A stretch of DNA of 52,684 nt from Actinomycetota bacterium. GTDB lineage: Bacteria; Actinomycetota; Actinomycetes; JAKEEW01. Of the stretch, positions 8,460-18,753 are shown piece by piece; positions within the stretch are counted from its first letter, which is position 1; each line of letters opens with the position of its first letter. Below the pieces are notes generated by a model. It was not told the DNA's origin. It saw only the letters and a list, made by a program, of their open reading frames with translations, and did not search any database. The stretch spans positions 1 through 52,684 of the forward strand of contig JBKOZJ010000046.1 of assembly GCA_046725875.1 (NCBI GenBank). The letters run 5' to 3'. Position numbers and translations under genes: made by a program.

Positions 8460-9055
8460 GACGCGCCGCTTTCGCCTTATTGGCAGCACTATTCCTTTTC
8501 GTAGCGGCGCCGACCGCCAGCGCCCGCGATGCGCTCGTCAATACGGCCGTGGCATCGGTCGACCAAGGCGGTGACGTTGACGTGCGTCTTGCCTGGTCGG
8601 TGCAACGTACCAACAGTTCCGACGTGGCCGCCAGCAACGTCGCTATCGCGACCGCCTCATGCAACTCATGCCGCTCAGTCGCGCTTGCATTTCAGATCGT
8701 CCTCGCAAACCGGGTAACCGGTGAGGTGCGCGCGGACAATCTCGCTCTCGCCAGATCCGTCGGGTGTACGCGGTGCGCAACGCTCGCAATCGCCTACCAA
8801 TTTGTCGTCGTCGCGGAGGACCAGCTGAAGCTCGCGCCCCGCGCTCGCGCCGATCTAGCCCACATCGGGAATCAACTGCGCCAACTTGCACATGCACGAG
8901 CCGCTACCGACGTCCTAGCGGACAAGGCGACCATACTGGCGGCCGAGATCCGGGACGTGCTCGCGCAGGAGCTAACCGTTAGCAGAATTCCGGGGCACGT
9001 CTTCATGAGACGGCACATCGTCACTGGGGGCGCAGCGGCCGCGCCGCGTCACTGA
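8456..9055 (+). CDS. Secreted protein with two CxxC-containing N-x-A-x-A...A-x-A-x-Q repeats
   Basis: Sec signal MRRAAFALLAALFLFVAAPTASA; ASNVAIATASCNSCRSVALAFQ and ADNLALARSVGCTRCATLAIAYQ; ATGA overlap with upstream stop. Confidence 0.8.
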   Translation: MRRAAFALLAALFLFVAAPTASARDALVNTAVASVDQGGDVDVRLAWSVQRTNSSDVAASNVAIATASCNSCRSVALAFQIVLANRVTGEVRADNLALARSVGCTRCATLAIAYQFVVVAEDQLKLAPRARADLAHIGNQLRQLAHARAATDVLADKATILAAEIRDVLAQELTVSRIPGHVFMRRHIVTGGAAAAPRH

Positions 9056-9234
9056 GCCTCGAGGAAGAAACGACGTCGAGGTTGGGCGGGCGGACGGACG
9101 ACAAGAGTTCAGTTTTATCGGGTCCGCCGCGGGGGAGAACCTGATCAAACTGCCACGCCGGCGACCAATGTTGCCCGTCTCACGGCGAGCGGCCGCTGGG
9201 CGCTCCAAGAGACCGGGCGACCTCGGGGGATTCA

Positions 9235-9936
9235 GTGAGCCATCGCTTGTCGCTGCTCGGCTCCTGGCGGCTGACCCACGGCGGACGTGAGCTGACCGTG
9301 CCGGCTGCAAGCCAGCGGTTGGCCGCCCTCCTAGCGCTCAAAGGTGCCCACCCGCGGTCCTATCTCGCCGACGTCCTGTGGCCGTCATCGTCGACACAGC
9401 AGGCTCGCGCCAACCTGCGGGCGGCCCTCTGGCGCCTTCGAATGACGGATCGGTCCGTCCTCGGCAGCGACAGAGGGCTGCTTGAGCTCAGCCGCACCGT
9501 GGTCGTGGATGTCCACGAGCTGATCCGTCACGCGATGGCGGTGGCGGGGGGGTCTGTGTACGGGGACCTTGGTGCCATCGCGAGCATCCTGCTGTCCAGC
9601 GGTGATCTGTTGCCGGGGTGGTACGACGACTGGGTCCAAACGGAGCGGGAGCGGGTACGGCAGCTGCGTTTGAACGCCCTCGAAACGCTGGCCGAATGGT
9701 TCTGCCAAAACGGCCGGCACGCGCAAGCGCTAGACGCCGCGCTGGCTGCGGCTCAGATCGATCCGTTGCGCGAGAACGCGCACCGAACGGCTATCAGAAC
9801 CCATCTCGCTGAAGGCAACGTTGCGGAAGCAGTGCGGCGATTCGACCAGTTCCAGACGCTCCTGCGCCGCGAACTCGCCGCTTCGCCGAGCCGACGCCTG
9901 CAAGACCTGATGAGGCCCTTTCTGCCCGTCTCGTGA
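9235..9936 (+). CDS. SARP/AfsR-type regulator (wHTH + BTAD), paralogue of 4379-5221
   Basis: QRLAALLAL, LLPGWYDDWV..ERER, DPLRENAHR..IRTHLAEGN. Confidence 0.85.
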   Translation: MSHRLSLLGSWRLTHGGRELTVPAASQRLAALLALKGAHPRSYLADVLWPSSSTQQARANLRAALWRLRMTDRSVLGSDRGLLELSRTVVVDVHELIRHAMAVAGGSVYGDLGAIASILLSSGDLLPGWYDDWVQTERERVRQLRLNALETLAEWFCQNGRHAQALDAALAAAQIDPLRENAHRTAIRTHLAEGNVAEAVRRFDQFQTLLRRELAASPSRRLQDLMRPFLPVS

Positions 9937-10007
9937 TCGAAATAGCTTGCTCGCGCACAGGCCGGGTGGCGAGCCGGCGCCGGTCTAGGTCAGACGAACC
10001 GCGGCGC

Positions 10008-11033
10008 CTAACGGGAGTCAAGATCGCCAACAGCCTCGCGGGCGGCGATGGCGGAGCCGCGGGCACCGGCCCTGTCGAGATCAGGAACGAGCGCGAACTC
10101 CGCCACCTGCTCCTGCTCGGCCCGAAGCGTTGTGTTCGCCCGTACCGTCCGCAGGAACCAGTCGCGGAACTCCGGGGTCGCCTCCACCACACCACCGCCG
10201 AGGAAGTAAGCATGCGGGTCGGTGAAGTTCGCTGCTATCGTGGCCAGCCGTCCCAATGCGATGGCCTGTTGCTCGAAGATCGCCAGAGCAAGCGGGTCGC
10301 CGCGCTCACCGTACGATCGGATCAGCTTTGCCGCCTTCGCCGGATCGACCGCGGCGAGCTCGTGGTCGGGGAAGCGGGTCAGCCAGTAGGGCAGAAGGTT
10401 CTTCTCGATACCCGTCAGCGATGCGAAACTCTCCGCGTCGCCTTCAAAGCCGCAGTTGCAGGCTGGCACGGGCTGGCCGTCGGCGACCAGGCCGCTGAGC
10501 GGGATTTGGATGTGGCCCAGCTCGCCGGCCATGCCGGCTGCGCCGCGCACCACCTGGCCAGACTCGATTACACCGCCCCCAAGTCCGGTGCCGACGATCG
10601 CTGATACCGACGAGCGGTGGGCCGCGGCCGCACCGAAATGCATGAAGTGGGCATAGAGAGCCGCCGCGTTTGCGTCGTTGTTGTACACGACTGGAATGCC
10701 GAGCCGACCCTCGAGCGCGGTCCGTACATCAAAGCCCGCCCAACCCGGATGGGCGAAGTTCGTAGAGCCCTTCGACGAAAGCACGCCGTCGGCGCTAGCA
10801 GGGCCCGGCGTGTCCAGCCCCACCGCCCGTATGGACCCCGGCTCGATGCCCGTCACCGCAACGATGCTGTGGAAGGCCTCGACGAGGGCGTCGACCGCGA
10901 CCGCGGGTCCCTCGCGGACCCGGCTCGGGATCTCCACCAGCCCGGTGACAAGGAATCGCCGGGCCGCGTCGAGCACTGTCGCGTTTGTGCTGGTCGCGCC
11001 CTGATCCAGACCGATGACCACCCACTCGCCCAT
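10008..11033 (-). CDS. ROK family sugar kinase
   Basis: IGLDQGAT, YNNDANAAA, GTGLGGG, GELGH, CNCG motifs. Confidence 0.9.
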   Translation of the reverse strand: MGEWVVIGLDQGATSTNATVLDAARRFLVTGLVEIPSRVREGPAVAVDALVEAFHSIVAVTGIEPGSIRAVGLDTPGPASADGVLSSKGSTNFAHPGWAGFDVRTALEGRLGIPVVYNNDANAAALYAHFMHFGAAAAHRSSVSAIVGTGLGGGVIESGQVVRGAAGMAGELGHIQIPLSGLVADGQPVPACNCGFEGDAESFASLTGIEKNLLPYWLTRFPDHELAAVDPAKAAKLIRSYGERGDPLALAIFEQQAIALGRLATIAANFTDPHAYFLGGGVVEATPEFRDWFLRTVRANTTLRAEQEQVAEFALVPDLDRAGARGSAIAAREAVGDLDSR

Positions 11034-11181
11034 CTGCACGCCGCTGATCGTAGACGCAGATCGCGGCCGTGCCTACGGTCGGCAGCAGAGGCTCCTTGCC
11101 CCCCAATAACAGCGCCGTGAGGGTCCCTCCCACCCACCTCCCACCGCCACGAGCCGACGCTCACCCGCCTCATCATTACAC

Positions 11182-12399
11182 TTGATGATCACGACGAGCG
11201 ATGAGGAGCTGCCCGCGATGGATACCGGGGCTGATTCGCCCGCGCTTGTGATGCCGGTTGAGCCCTTCGTGATCCGCGTGGATGAGGAAGTCCTCGACGA
11301 CCTCGGAGCGAGAATCTGCAACACCCGCTGGCCTGACCAGCTCCAGGGCGTCGGCTGGGACCAGGGGACAGATTGCACATACCTGCGGCCTTTGCTCGAA
11401 TATTGGGCGGACGGCTTCGACTGGCGGTCCCGGGAGCGTTGGCTCAACTCCTTCGGGAACTACCGCGTCCGGCTGGATGACGTACGTATCCATTTCGTAC
11501 ACGAGAAGGCACGCAGCGGCGATGGTTTGCCGCTCCTGCTTGGCAACGGTTGGCCGAGCACGTTCGCTGAGCTCCTGCACCTGGTGCCGTTCCTCACTGA
11601 CCCCAAAGCACACGGCATCGACGGACCGGCCTTCGACGTGGTCATTCCGTCGCTGCCCGGATACGGATTCTCCGAACGGCCGGCCAAGGTGGGTATCAAC
11701 TACCGCTATACCGCCGACGTGTGGCACCGGCTGATGCGTGGACTCGGGTACGAGCGCTACGGCGTGCACGGTGGGGACTTTGGCGGGGGAGTGGCCGCCC
11801 TCATGGGGTTGGACAATCCCGAACCTCTGGTCGGAATCCACCTGATCGACCTGGATGTCCGGCCAGACATCGGTCCGGGATCCACGCCATTGTCCGCGGC
11901 CGAACGTGTCTACCTCGTCCAGAACGACGCATGGTTGCAGACGGAGGGCGGCTACAAGGCAATCCAAGCCACGAAACCGCAGACCCTCGCCTACGCCCTG
12001 AACGACTCGCCGGCCGGGCTGGCAGCGTGGATCCTCGAGAAGTGGCGGTCATGGTCCGACTCGGGTGGCGATCTCGACGCCCGGTTTTCCCGTGACTTCC
12101 TCCTGACCAACCTGACGATCTACTGGACGACGCAAAGCATCACGACCTCGATGCGTGACTATTACGACAACCGCTGGTTCAGCGTCGGGCTCGGCCCGGA
12201 GGACTTCGTCGACGTGCCGACCGGTTTCGTGGTGACCCGCCAGTTCGCGCCCGAAGGGGAACCTCCTCGCAAGTGGGTGGAGCGCTTGTACGACGTCCGA
12301 CATTGGACCGTCCTGCCGCGAGGTGGCCACTTCCTCGCCGCCGAGGAACCGGAGCTGCTCGCTCGCGACATCGCCGCGTTCTTCGCCACCGTCCGGTAG
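11182..12399 (+). CDS. Epoxide hydrolase (microsomal-type alpha/beta hydrolase)
   Basis: NGWP (HGWP variant), PSLPGYGFS, GGDFG nucleophile, LNDSPAGLAAWILEK, GGHF; true start may be near 11251. Confidence 0.9.
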   Translation: MMITTSDEELPAMDTGADSPALVMPVEPFVIRVDEEVLDDLGARICNTRWPDQLQGVGWDQGTDCTYLRPLLEYWADGFDWRSRERWLNSFGNYRVRLDDVRIHFVHEKARSGDGLPLLLGNGWPSTFAELLHLVPFLTDPKAHGIDGPAFDVVIPSLPGYGFSERPAKVGINYRYTADVWHRLMRGLGYERYGVHGGDFGGGVAALMGLDNPEPLVGIHLIDLDVRPDIGPGSTPLSAAERVYLVQNDAWLQTEGGYKAIQATKPQTLAYALNDSPAGLAAWILEKWRSWSDSGGDLDARFSRDFLLTNLTIYWTTQSITTSMRDYYDNRWFSVGLGPEDFVDVPTGFVVTRQFAPEGEPPRKWVERLYDVRHWTVLPRGGHFLAAEEPELLARDIAAFFATVR

Positions 12400-12512
12400 G
12401 GACGACCTGCCGAAGATCCGGTATAGCGCGCATCCCTCGGCGCGACCCCGTCCGCATGAGCGCGAAGGACTCCACCTCGGCGCGGGCGTGATTCGAGTGA
12501 CAGGGTTTGCTT

Positions 12513-13502
12513 ATGGATAGCCGCACACTCGGAACGCTCGAAGTCTCCGCGATCGGGCTGGGTTGCATGAGCATGTCCTCGGTCTATGGCGAGGCCGACG
12601 ACGACGAGTCGATCAGCATCAGGCGTGCCCTCGATCTTGGCGTAACATTGCTCGACACGGCAGACGTCTACGGACAAGGTCACAACGAGGGCCTGGTCGG
12701 CGAGGCGATCGCCCGCCGGCGCGACGCGGTCGTGCTCGCAACGAAGTTCGGCATCATCGCGGCAGGCGCCGACGGCGCGCTGACCGTTGACTCCAGCCCC
12801 GCGTATGTCAGGCGCGCGGTCGACGCGTCGCTGCGGCGGCTCGGCACCGACGTTATCGACCTCTATTACTTGCATAGGCGCAACCCCGACACTCCGATCG
12901 AGGACACGGTCGCCGCAATGGCCGAGCTCGTCGCCGCCGGCAAGGTGCGTTACATCGGCCTGTCCGAGGTGAACGCGGACACGCTGCGCAGGGCGCACGC
13001 CGTGCATCCGATCGCGGCGCTGCAGAGCGAGTATTCGCTGTTCGCCCGGAATGCAGAGCAGTCGGTCCTGCCGGTGTGCCAGGAGCTGGGCATCGGCCTG
13101 GTTGCCTATTCGCCGATCGGGCGCGGCATTTTGACCGGGACTGTTCGCACGGCGGCCGACCTGGGACCGAACGACTTCCGCCGGATCGTCCCCCGCTTCC
13201 AGGGCGCGAATCTCGACCGAAACCTGGAGCTCGTGGCGAAGGTTGAGGAGATTGCGGCACAGGTTGGGGCGACACCTGGCCAGTGCGCGCTCGCCTGGCT
13301 GCTCGCTCAGGACCCGCACGTCGTGCCCATCCCGGGCACCAAGAGAGTGGCCCGGGTTGTGGAGAACGCTGCCGCCGGGAGCATCCGTTTGACGCCCGAA
13401 CAGGTGGCCGCCCTCGACGCCGCCGTTCCGCCGCAGAGCGTCTCTGGAGCCCGCGGGAGCGAAGCCGGCCTCGCGGCCGTCGACAAAATAGTCTCCCGCT
13501 AG
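12513..13502 (+). CDS. Aldo/keto reductase
   Basis: [39 protein letters not shown]. Confidence 0.92.
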   Translation: MDSRTLGTLEVSAIGLGCMSMSSVYGEADDDESISIRRALDLGVTLLDTADVYGQGHNEGLVGEAIARRRDAVVLATKFGIIAAGADGALTVDSSPAYVRRAVDASLRRLGTDVIDLYYLHRRNPDTPIEDTVAAMAELVAAGKVRYIGLSEVNADTLRRAHAVHPIAALQSEYSLFARNAEQSVLPVCQELGIGLVAYSPIGRGILTGTVRTAADLGPNDFRRIVPRFQGANLDRNLELVAKVEEIAAQVGATPGQCALAWLLAQDPHVVPIPGTKRVARVVENAAAGSIRLTPEQVAALDAAVPPQSVSGARGSEAGLAAVDKIVSR

Positions 13503-14155
13503 CCAGGCTGGGATTCGGCTCGCTGGAAGGCCTGGATGCGCCATACGAATGCGCGGTCTTTGTACGCCCTGCGCAGTCCGCGGTCCTCAAGTACGGCGGC
13601 CATCGCGGCGGGCGGGTGGGCGAAACCACGGAAGCTGTTGCCCATCGTCCGCATGACGAGGTTGAAGCAGATATAGAAGGCGCGCGTTAGGACGTTGTAC
13701 GGCGGATAGCTGAAGATGACCAACCGTCGGGCGTGCTCGGCGGCGGCGGCGAGCAACCCGCGGTAGTCGCCATAGCAGCACATCACTCGGTGCAGAACGA
13801 CCACATCGGCGGCCGGCACGGCTGCCGGGTCCTGGACGATGTTGTGCATCCTCCGGTCGACCCGGCCGCCGACACCGGCCTCGGCGGCGAGCCGCGCAGC
13901 CTCGCCTTCATAGCCGGGGGACAGCTCGAGGTTCGTTGCACGCACGGCACCAGCCTTCAGCAGCTCGATCTGGATCTCGCCGACCCCGCCGCCGATCTCT
14001 AAAACAGTGGCGTCTCCGACATCGTGTCCGACGAGGTAGTCCACGATCCGCCGCGAAGACGTGTCGAGCCCGCGCTTGCGATAGCGCGCCGCCAGCATCC
14101 GGGCGAATCGCGCGCCGAAGATCCGTTCATTATCCCGTCCGCAACACCCAGCCAT
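13499..14155 (-). CDS. SAM-dependent methyltransferase (BchM-like)
   Basis: VLEIGGGVG motif [12 protein letters not shown]. Confidence 0.75.
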   Translation of the reverse strand: MAGCCGRDNERIFGARFARMLAARYRKRGLDTSSRRIVDYLVGHDVGDATVLEIGGGVGEIQIELLKAGAVRATNLELSPGYEGEAARLAAEAGVGGRVDRRMHNIVQDPAAVPAADVVVLHRVMCCYGDYRGLLAAAAEHARRLVIFSYPPYNVLTRAFYICFNLVMRTMGNSFRGFAHPPAAMAAVLEDRGLRRAYKDRAFVWRIQAFQRAESQPG

Positions 14156-14338
14156 GACCGGACGATAGCGATTCCGGATCGACGACCGATGGGACCGTCA
14201 GCGGCTCCAAGCTCGCGCTTGATTGCCGCGCGCGACCTTAATCGCTCCCGCCATCCGGGCACGTGAACATCCCACGTCGATCCAACCGCGACGCCGGGTG
14301 AGGTGCCCGGGCCGCAAGCGGGTGGTGGCCAGTTCGAC

Positions 14339-14893
14339 TCAGACGCCAACGACGTCGCTGCGGCGCTCCAGGAGGAGGACGTCACGCCAGCGGTCATGGT
14401 GGCGCCCGATGCGTTTGCGCACCCCGACAACACGGAAGCCGGCATCCTTGTGCAGCGAAAGGCTCGCTACGTTCTCCGGGAAGACACCGGTCGTCAGGGT
14501 CCAAAGCCCGGCTGCCTCCGACGATTCGATGACAGCCCGCATCAACGTGCCGCCAATACCGCGACCGCGTGCCGCCGGATCGACATAGATCGAGAGCTCG
14601 GCGACGCCGGCGTAGACGCATCGACCAGAGACGGGCGACAGCGCCACCCAACCGAGCACGGTGTCGTCCTCGTCCACGGACACCAGGCGGTGATCGCCAA
14701 GGTGGCTGGCGTCCCACCCTTCCCAGGACGGCGCTGTGGTCTCGAAGCTCGCATTCCCGGTGTCGAGCCCAGCCTGGTAGATCGTGAGGACAGCCTCGGC
14801 ATCGCCGGGCCGCATCGGTCGGATCTGCGGCGCCTTCACGGCGCGTCCATTACCTGCTGTCACGGCGCCGCAGTTGACTTGCGGTGCTGCCAT
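14339..14893 (-). CDS. GNAT N-acetyltransferase (phosphinothricin acetyltransferase-like)
   Basis: IYQAGLDTGNASFE, YVDPAARGRGIG, FPENVASLSLH, WRDVLLLERRS; start 14893 or 14839. Confidence 0.85.
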   Translation of the reverse strand: MAAPQVNCGAVTAGNGRAVKAPQIRPMRPGDAEAVLTIYQAGLDTGNASFETTAPSWEGWDASHLGDHRLVSVDEDDTVLGWVALSPVSGRCVYAGVAELSIYVDPAARGRGIGGTLMRAVIESSEAAGLWTLTTGVFPENVASLSLHKDAGFRVVGVRKRIGRHHDRWRDVLLLERRSDVVGV

Positions 14894-15543
14894 GGAAACT
14901 CCGTCAAAACCTCGGGGGGGCGGTTCCGAACTCGTCGGCGCCCTTCGGTCTGCTCGACAATCACGGCCGGAGCATGCACTCTCGCCGTACAAAACCATCC
15001 GGGCAGGTAGCGATGGCGGGCAAGGTCCAGTTCAGCCTCCGTGGCATCCCACCAGTCGCAGGCGGCCGGACGCGATGGGAGTGGCGACGGCGCCTTAGCG
15101 ACGCGGCCGCGAAGGTTCGTCCAGGCGGACCTCGAGATCCGGCCACAGGTTCGCCGTGCGCATATCAGCGATGCGCAGCGGCAGACTTACCGAGCAAGAC
15201 CTGCGGCGTATGGCGGCAACCGTTCAGGGCCCGCGTTCGAGTGCTGCGCGCCGAGCGCTACTGGCGGGTGATCATCATAGCGCTTCGATAGGCGAGACCT
15301 TGGTGCGAGCATCGGCACTCGGGGCGGGACTCGATCCACGGGAACTCCAGTTCAAGGTGATTCTGAGGGGCAGCATGATCGCAAGTCTGCTGCCGTCGGA
15401 TTTCTCGAGTCTCGGTACCGCCGATCTGCGGTTCTAGCTTGGGCAGCCCGCTCCTCCGTCGCTGTCGGTGATCGCGGATAGCTTGGGCTCGGAATTGCAT
15501 CAAGACTTAAGCTGTTCCAACCCCAGGAGCCCACACCGTGACC

Positions 15544-16905
15544 ATGGAGCCAAGCACAACAACCGCCCAGAGGCCGCGCGTCGTCGTGCGGACCTATCTG
15601 CTGCTCATGCTTGGCAACACGCTGGCCGCGTCGTTGATTTGGGGCATCAACACGATCTTCCTGCTGGACGCCGGCCTGTCCAACTTCGAGGCGTTCGCGG
15701 CGAACGCCTTCTTCACCGCGGGCATGGTGCTCTTCGAGGTCCCAACCGGCATCGTCGCCGACACGGTCGGGCGCCGCATGTCGTACTTGCTCGGAACGAT
15801 CACGCTCAGCGTGTCGACACTGCTCTATGTCCTGCTCTGGCAACTCGAGGCGCCGTTTTGGACCTGGGCGATCGTCTCGATCCTGCTCGGTCTCGGCTTC
15901 ACGTTCTTCTCTGGAGCGGTCGAGGCCTGGCTCGTGGACGCGCTGACGGCCACCGGCTACACCGGTGCACTGGAGCGCGTGTTCGGGCGCGGACAGATCG
16001 TTTCCGGTGCAGCCATGCTCACGGGCTCGGTGGCCGGCGGTGTCATCGCGCAGCAGACCAGCCTCGGAGTGCCGTTTGTGCTGCGCGCGCTGATCCTCGC
16101 CGTCATGTTCGTCGTTGCTTTCCTGCTGATGCACGACATCGGCTTCACGCCGCAGCGTGGGAGAGGGATCCCTGCGGAGATGCGGACGATCACAGCCGCA
16201 TCCATCGACTACGGGTGGCGCGTCCCGGCGGTGAAGTGGTTGATGGTGGAGTCGCTGTTCACCGGAGGTGTCGGGATCTACGCGTTCTATGCGCTGCAGC
16301 CCTACCTTTTGGAGTTGTACGGGAATCCCGAGGCCTACACGATCGCTGGCCTGGTCGCCGCCATCGTTGCCGCGGCGCAGATGCTTGGCGGGATGTCGGC
16401 GGTCTGGATCCGCAGGCTCTTCCGGCGGCGCACCTCGGCGCTGATCGTGACCGCTGTCCTCAGTGTGATCTCCCTCGGCTTGATCGGAGTGGTCGACCGC
16501 TTCTGGCCGGTCCTGGCGCTGATCGTGGTCTGGGGGCTGTTGTTCGCCGCGACAATGCCGATCCGGCAGACCTACATGAACGGCTTGATCCCGTCGCGGC
16601 AACGCGCGACCATCCTGTCGTTCGACTCGCTGATGTCCTCCAGCGGGGGAGTGTGGGCGCAGCCGGTGCTCGGTCGCGTGGCCGACGCCTGGGGATACGC
16701 ACCTTCTTACCTGGTCGGCGCGGGCATCCAGGCCTTCGCGGTGCCGTGCCTCGTCATGTCGCGGCGGCAAAATGCGCCCGCGGACATCGTCGAGCCCACC
16801 GCGACGGAGACCGCGCCAGAGCTGACCAGCCCGGCCGAGGAGACCAGCGCGGCCGAGGAGACCAGCCCGGCCGAGGAGACCAAGGAGCCCTCCTCGGGTC
16901 TTTGA
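15544..16905 (+). CDS. MFS transporter
   Basis: About 12 TM helices; FEVPTGIVADTVGRR motif A. Confidence 0.9.
   Translation: MEPSTTTAQRPRVVVRTYLLLMLGNTLAASLIWGINTIFLLDAGLSNFEAFAANAFFTAGMVLFEVPTGIVADTVGRRMSYLLGTITLSVSTLLYVLLWQLEAPFWTWAIVSILLGLGFTFFSGAVEAWLVDALTATGYTGALERVFGRGQIVSGAAMLTGSVAGGVIAQQTSLGVPFVLRALILAVMFVVAFLLMHDIGFTPQRGRGIPAEMRTITAASIDYGWRVPAVKWLMVESLFTGGVGIYAFYALQPYLLELYGNPEAYTIAGLVAAIVAAAQMLGGMSAVWIRRLFRRRTSALIVTAVLSVISLGLIGVVDRFWPVLALIVVWGLLFAATMPIRQTYMNGLIPSRQRATILSFDSLMSSSGGVWAQPVLGRVADAWGYAPSYLVGAGIQAFAVPCLVMSRRQNAPADIVEPTATETAPELTSPAEETSAAEETSPAEETKEPSSGL
16825..16881 (+). repeat. 18-nt tandem repeat x3 (TSPAEE) in MFS C-terminal tail
   Basis: ACCAGC(C/G)CGGCCGAGGAG at 16825, 16843, 16861. 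Confidence 0.9.
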
Positions 16906-16924
16906 CATGAAGGACGGCGCGCGG

Positions 16925-17356
16925 CTATCCGTCCGCGGTCTCAACGCGCGGCGCGATCGGGGTGCCTAGCTCGACCGTTCGGCTCACCGTGCATAGGCGG
17001 TCGTGTGACTTCTTGACCGCCTCCGGGAGCAGCTCGCGAGCGTCATCGCCGCCTTCGCCGTTCGGGAAGGCGACCTGAAATGCGACCTCGATGTTCTGCA
17101 GGTGGTTGCCGTGCTCGTCCCCCACCTTGTCGGCGGTGATGAGCAGCTCGAAGGAGTCTGGCTCAGCCCGCCGAGAGGTCAGGGCCTCCACGTCGAGTCC
17201 GGTACAGGAAGCGATCGCTGCCAGCAGCAGCTCGATGGGCGTGAACTGGGCGCTGCCGGTGCCGATGACCAGTTCGGCACCGCGGCTGTTGGTGGCGATG
17301 AATCGTGCCGGCGCCGATCGCCGAAGAGTGACCCACCGCTGCGAATCCTGAGCCAT
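16925..17356 (-). CDS. OsmC family protein
   Basis: FTPIELLLAAIASCT and SHDRLCTVSRT conserved Cys motifs. Confidence 0.85.
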   Translation of the reverse strand: MAQDSQRWVTLRRSAPARFIATNSRGAELVIGTGSAQFTPIELLLAAIASCTGLDVEALTSRRAEPDSFELLITADKVGDEHGNHLQNIEVAFQVAFPNGEGGDDARELLPEAVKKSHDRLCTVSRTVELGTPIAPRVETADG

Positions 17357-17557
17357 GGCCCCACCCTGCCATGCGCAATCAATCGGGGATCAAGGCCAGA
17401 GTTGCCAGAGATCGGTGATTCCGGGTTCTCCTCCTCAACAGTTGTTGCTATCGTGCATTTGCAAGTGCATAGGCACGTGCAGCTACTCTTCGTGGTCGGA
17501 CTGCCGCAGGGCCTCTCGGGGGGCAACACGGCCGCCGAGCAGAGCGGGGGAGTGCGA

Positions 17558-18415
17558 GTGCTAGTCGAGACGGGGTCGACGGTGCGCCGCATTCTGCTCG
17601 GCGGCCAGTTGCGCAGCCTGCGCGAGGCTGCAGGCGTGACCCGAGAAGAAGCCGGCTACGCCATCCGCGCGTCCGAGTCGAAGATCAGCCGGATGGAGCT
17701 CGGTCGGGTCAGCTTCAAGGAACGCGACGTGGTCGACCTACTTACCCTCTATGGGGTCACCGACCAGGCGGAGCGTCAGGCACTGATCACCCTGGCTAGG
17801 GAAGCCAACGCACCTGGTTGGTGGCACCAATACAACGACGTCGTGCCGAGCTGGTTCCAGGTTTACATCGGCTTGGAGGGCTCGGCCTCGCTCATCCGGA
17901 CGTACGAGATCCAGTTCGTGCCGGGCCTCCTGCAGACGCGCCGCTATGCGCGCGCACTCACGAAAAGCGCCCAGCCGACCATGCCAGACGAAGAGGTAGA
18001 GCGCCGGGTGGCGGTACGGATGACCCGCCAGCGCGTGCTGAACCAGCCGGAGCCGGCGCACGTGTGGGCGGTGATGGACGAGGCGGCCCTGCGACGCCCC
18101 ATCGGCGGACCGGAGGTCATGGGGGAACAGCTGGAGCATCTGATCACGAGCTCCAAACGATCGAACGTGACGCTACAGATCATGCCTTTCCACGCCGGCG
18201 GCCACGCGGCGGAAGGCGGCGCCTTCAGCATCCTTCGATTCGCCGAGCCCGACCTGTCCGACATCGTCTACATCGAGCAGCTGACGACTGCCCTCTACCT
18301 CGACAAGCGCGAGGACATCGACCTCTACCTCGACGCGATGGACCGCCTCTGCGTCGACAGCGAGCCGCCCGAGAATACCGCCGCCATCCTCGAGTCCATG
18401 TTGCCGGAGCTTTAA
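17558..18415 (+). CDS. XRE HTH regulator with DUF5753 domain (WhiJ-like)
   Basis: RRILLGGQLRSLRE, SKISRMELG, VPGLLQT, DEAALRRPIGG. Confidence 0.9.
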   Translation: MLVETGSTVRRILLGGQLRSLREAAGVTREEAGYAIRASESKISRMELGRVSFKERDVVDLLTLYGVTDQAERQALITLAREANAPGWWHQYNDVVPSWFQVYIGLEGSASLIRTYEIQFVPGLLQTRRYARALTKSAQPTMPDEEVERRVAVRMTRQRVLNQPEPAHVWAVMDEAALRRPIGGPEVMGEQLEHLITSSKRSNVTLQIMPFHAGGHAAEGGAFSILRFAEPDLSDIVYIEQLTTALYLDKREDIDLYLDAMDRLCVDSEPPENTAAILESMLPEL

Positions 18416-18652
18416 ATGGAGTACGTCGCCAACGAAAGGAAGGTCATCGCATTGACCGCTGGGCGCTGGCAGAAGAGCTCGCGCAGTAACTCTCAGGGCA
18501 ATTGTGTTGAGCTCGCCGGCCTACGCGGCGAGCAGATCGCCATCCGCAACTCCCGGGACCCCCACGGACCCGCTCTCGTCTTCACGAAGGCTGAGATGCG
18601 CGCATTCATCGACGGAACGAAGGACGGCGAGTTCGACAGCCTCGTCGACTGA
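18416..18652 (+). CDS. DUF397 family protein
   Basis: WQKSSRS..GNCVE, RNSRDPHGPALVFT..E..AFI.G.KDGEFD. Confidence 0.92.
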   Translation: MEYVANERKVIALTAGRWQKSSRSNSQGNCVELAGLRGEQIAIRNSRDPHGPALVFTKAEMRAFIDGTKDGEFDSLVD

Positions 18653-18753
18653 GCCCTCTGTCCACGGCGGGGGACCGGCCGGGCCACGGGCAGCGTCCAG
18701 CCCGTGGCCCGGCCGCTTTCGCTTCCGGTGCGCAGCTCTCTCGGGGGCGCGGG

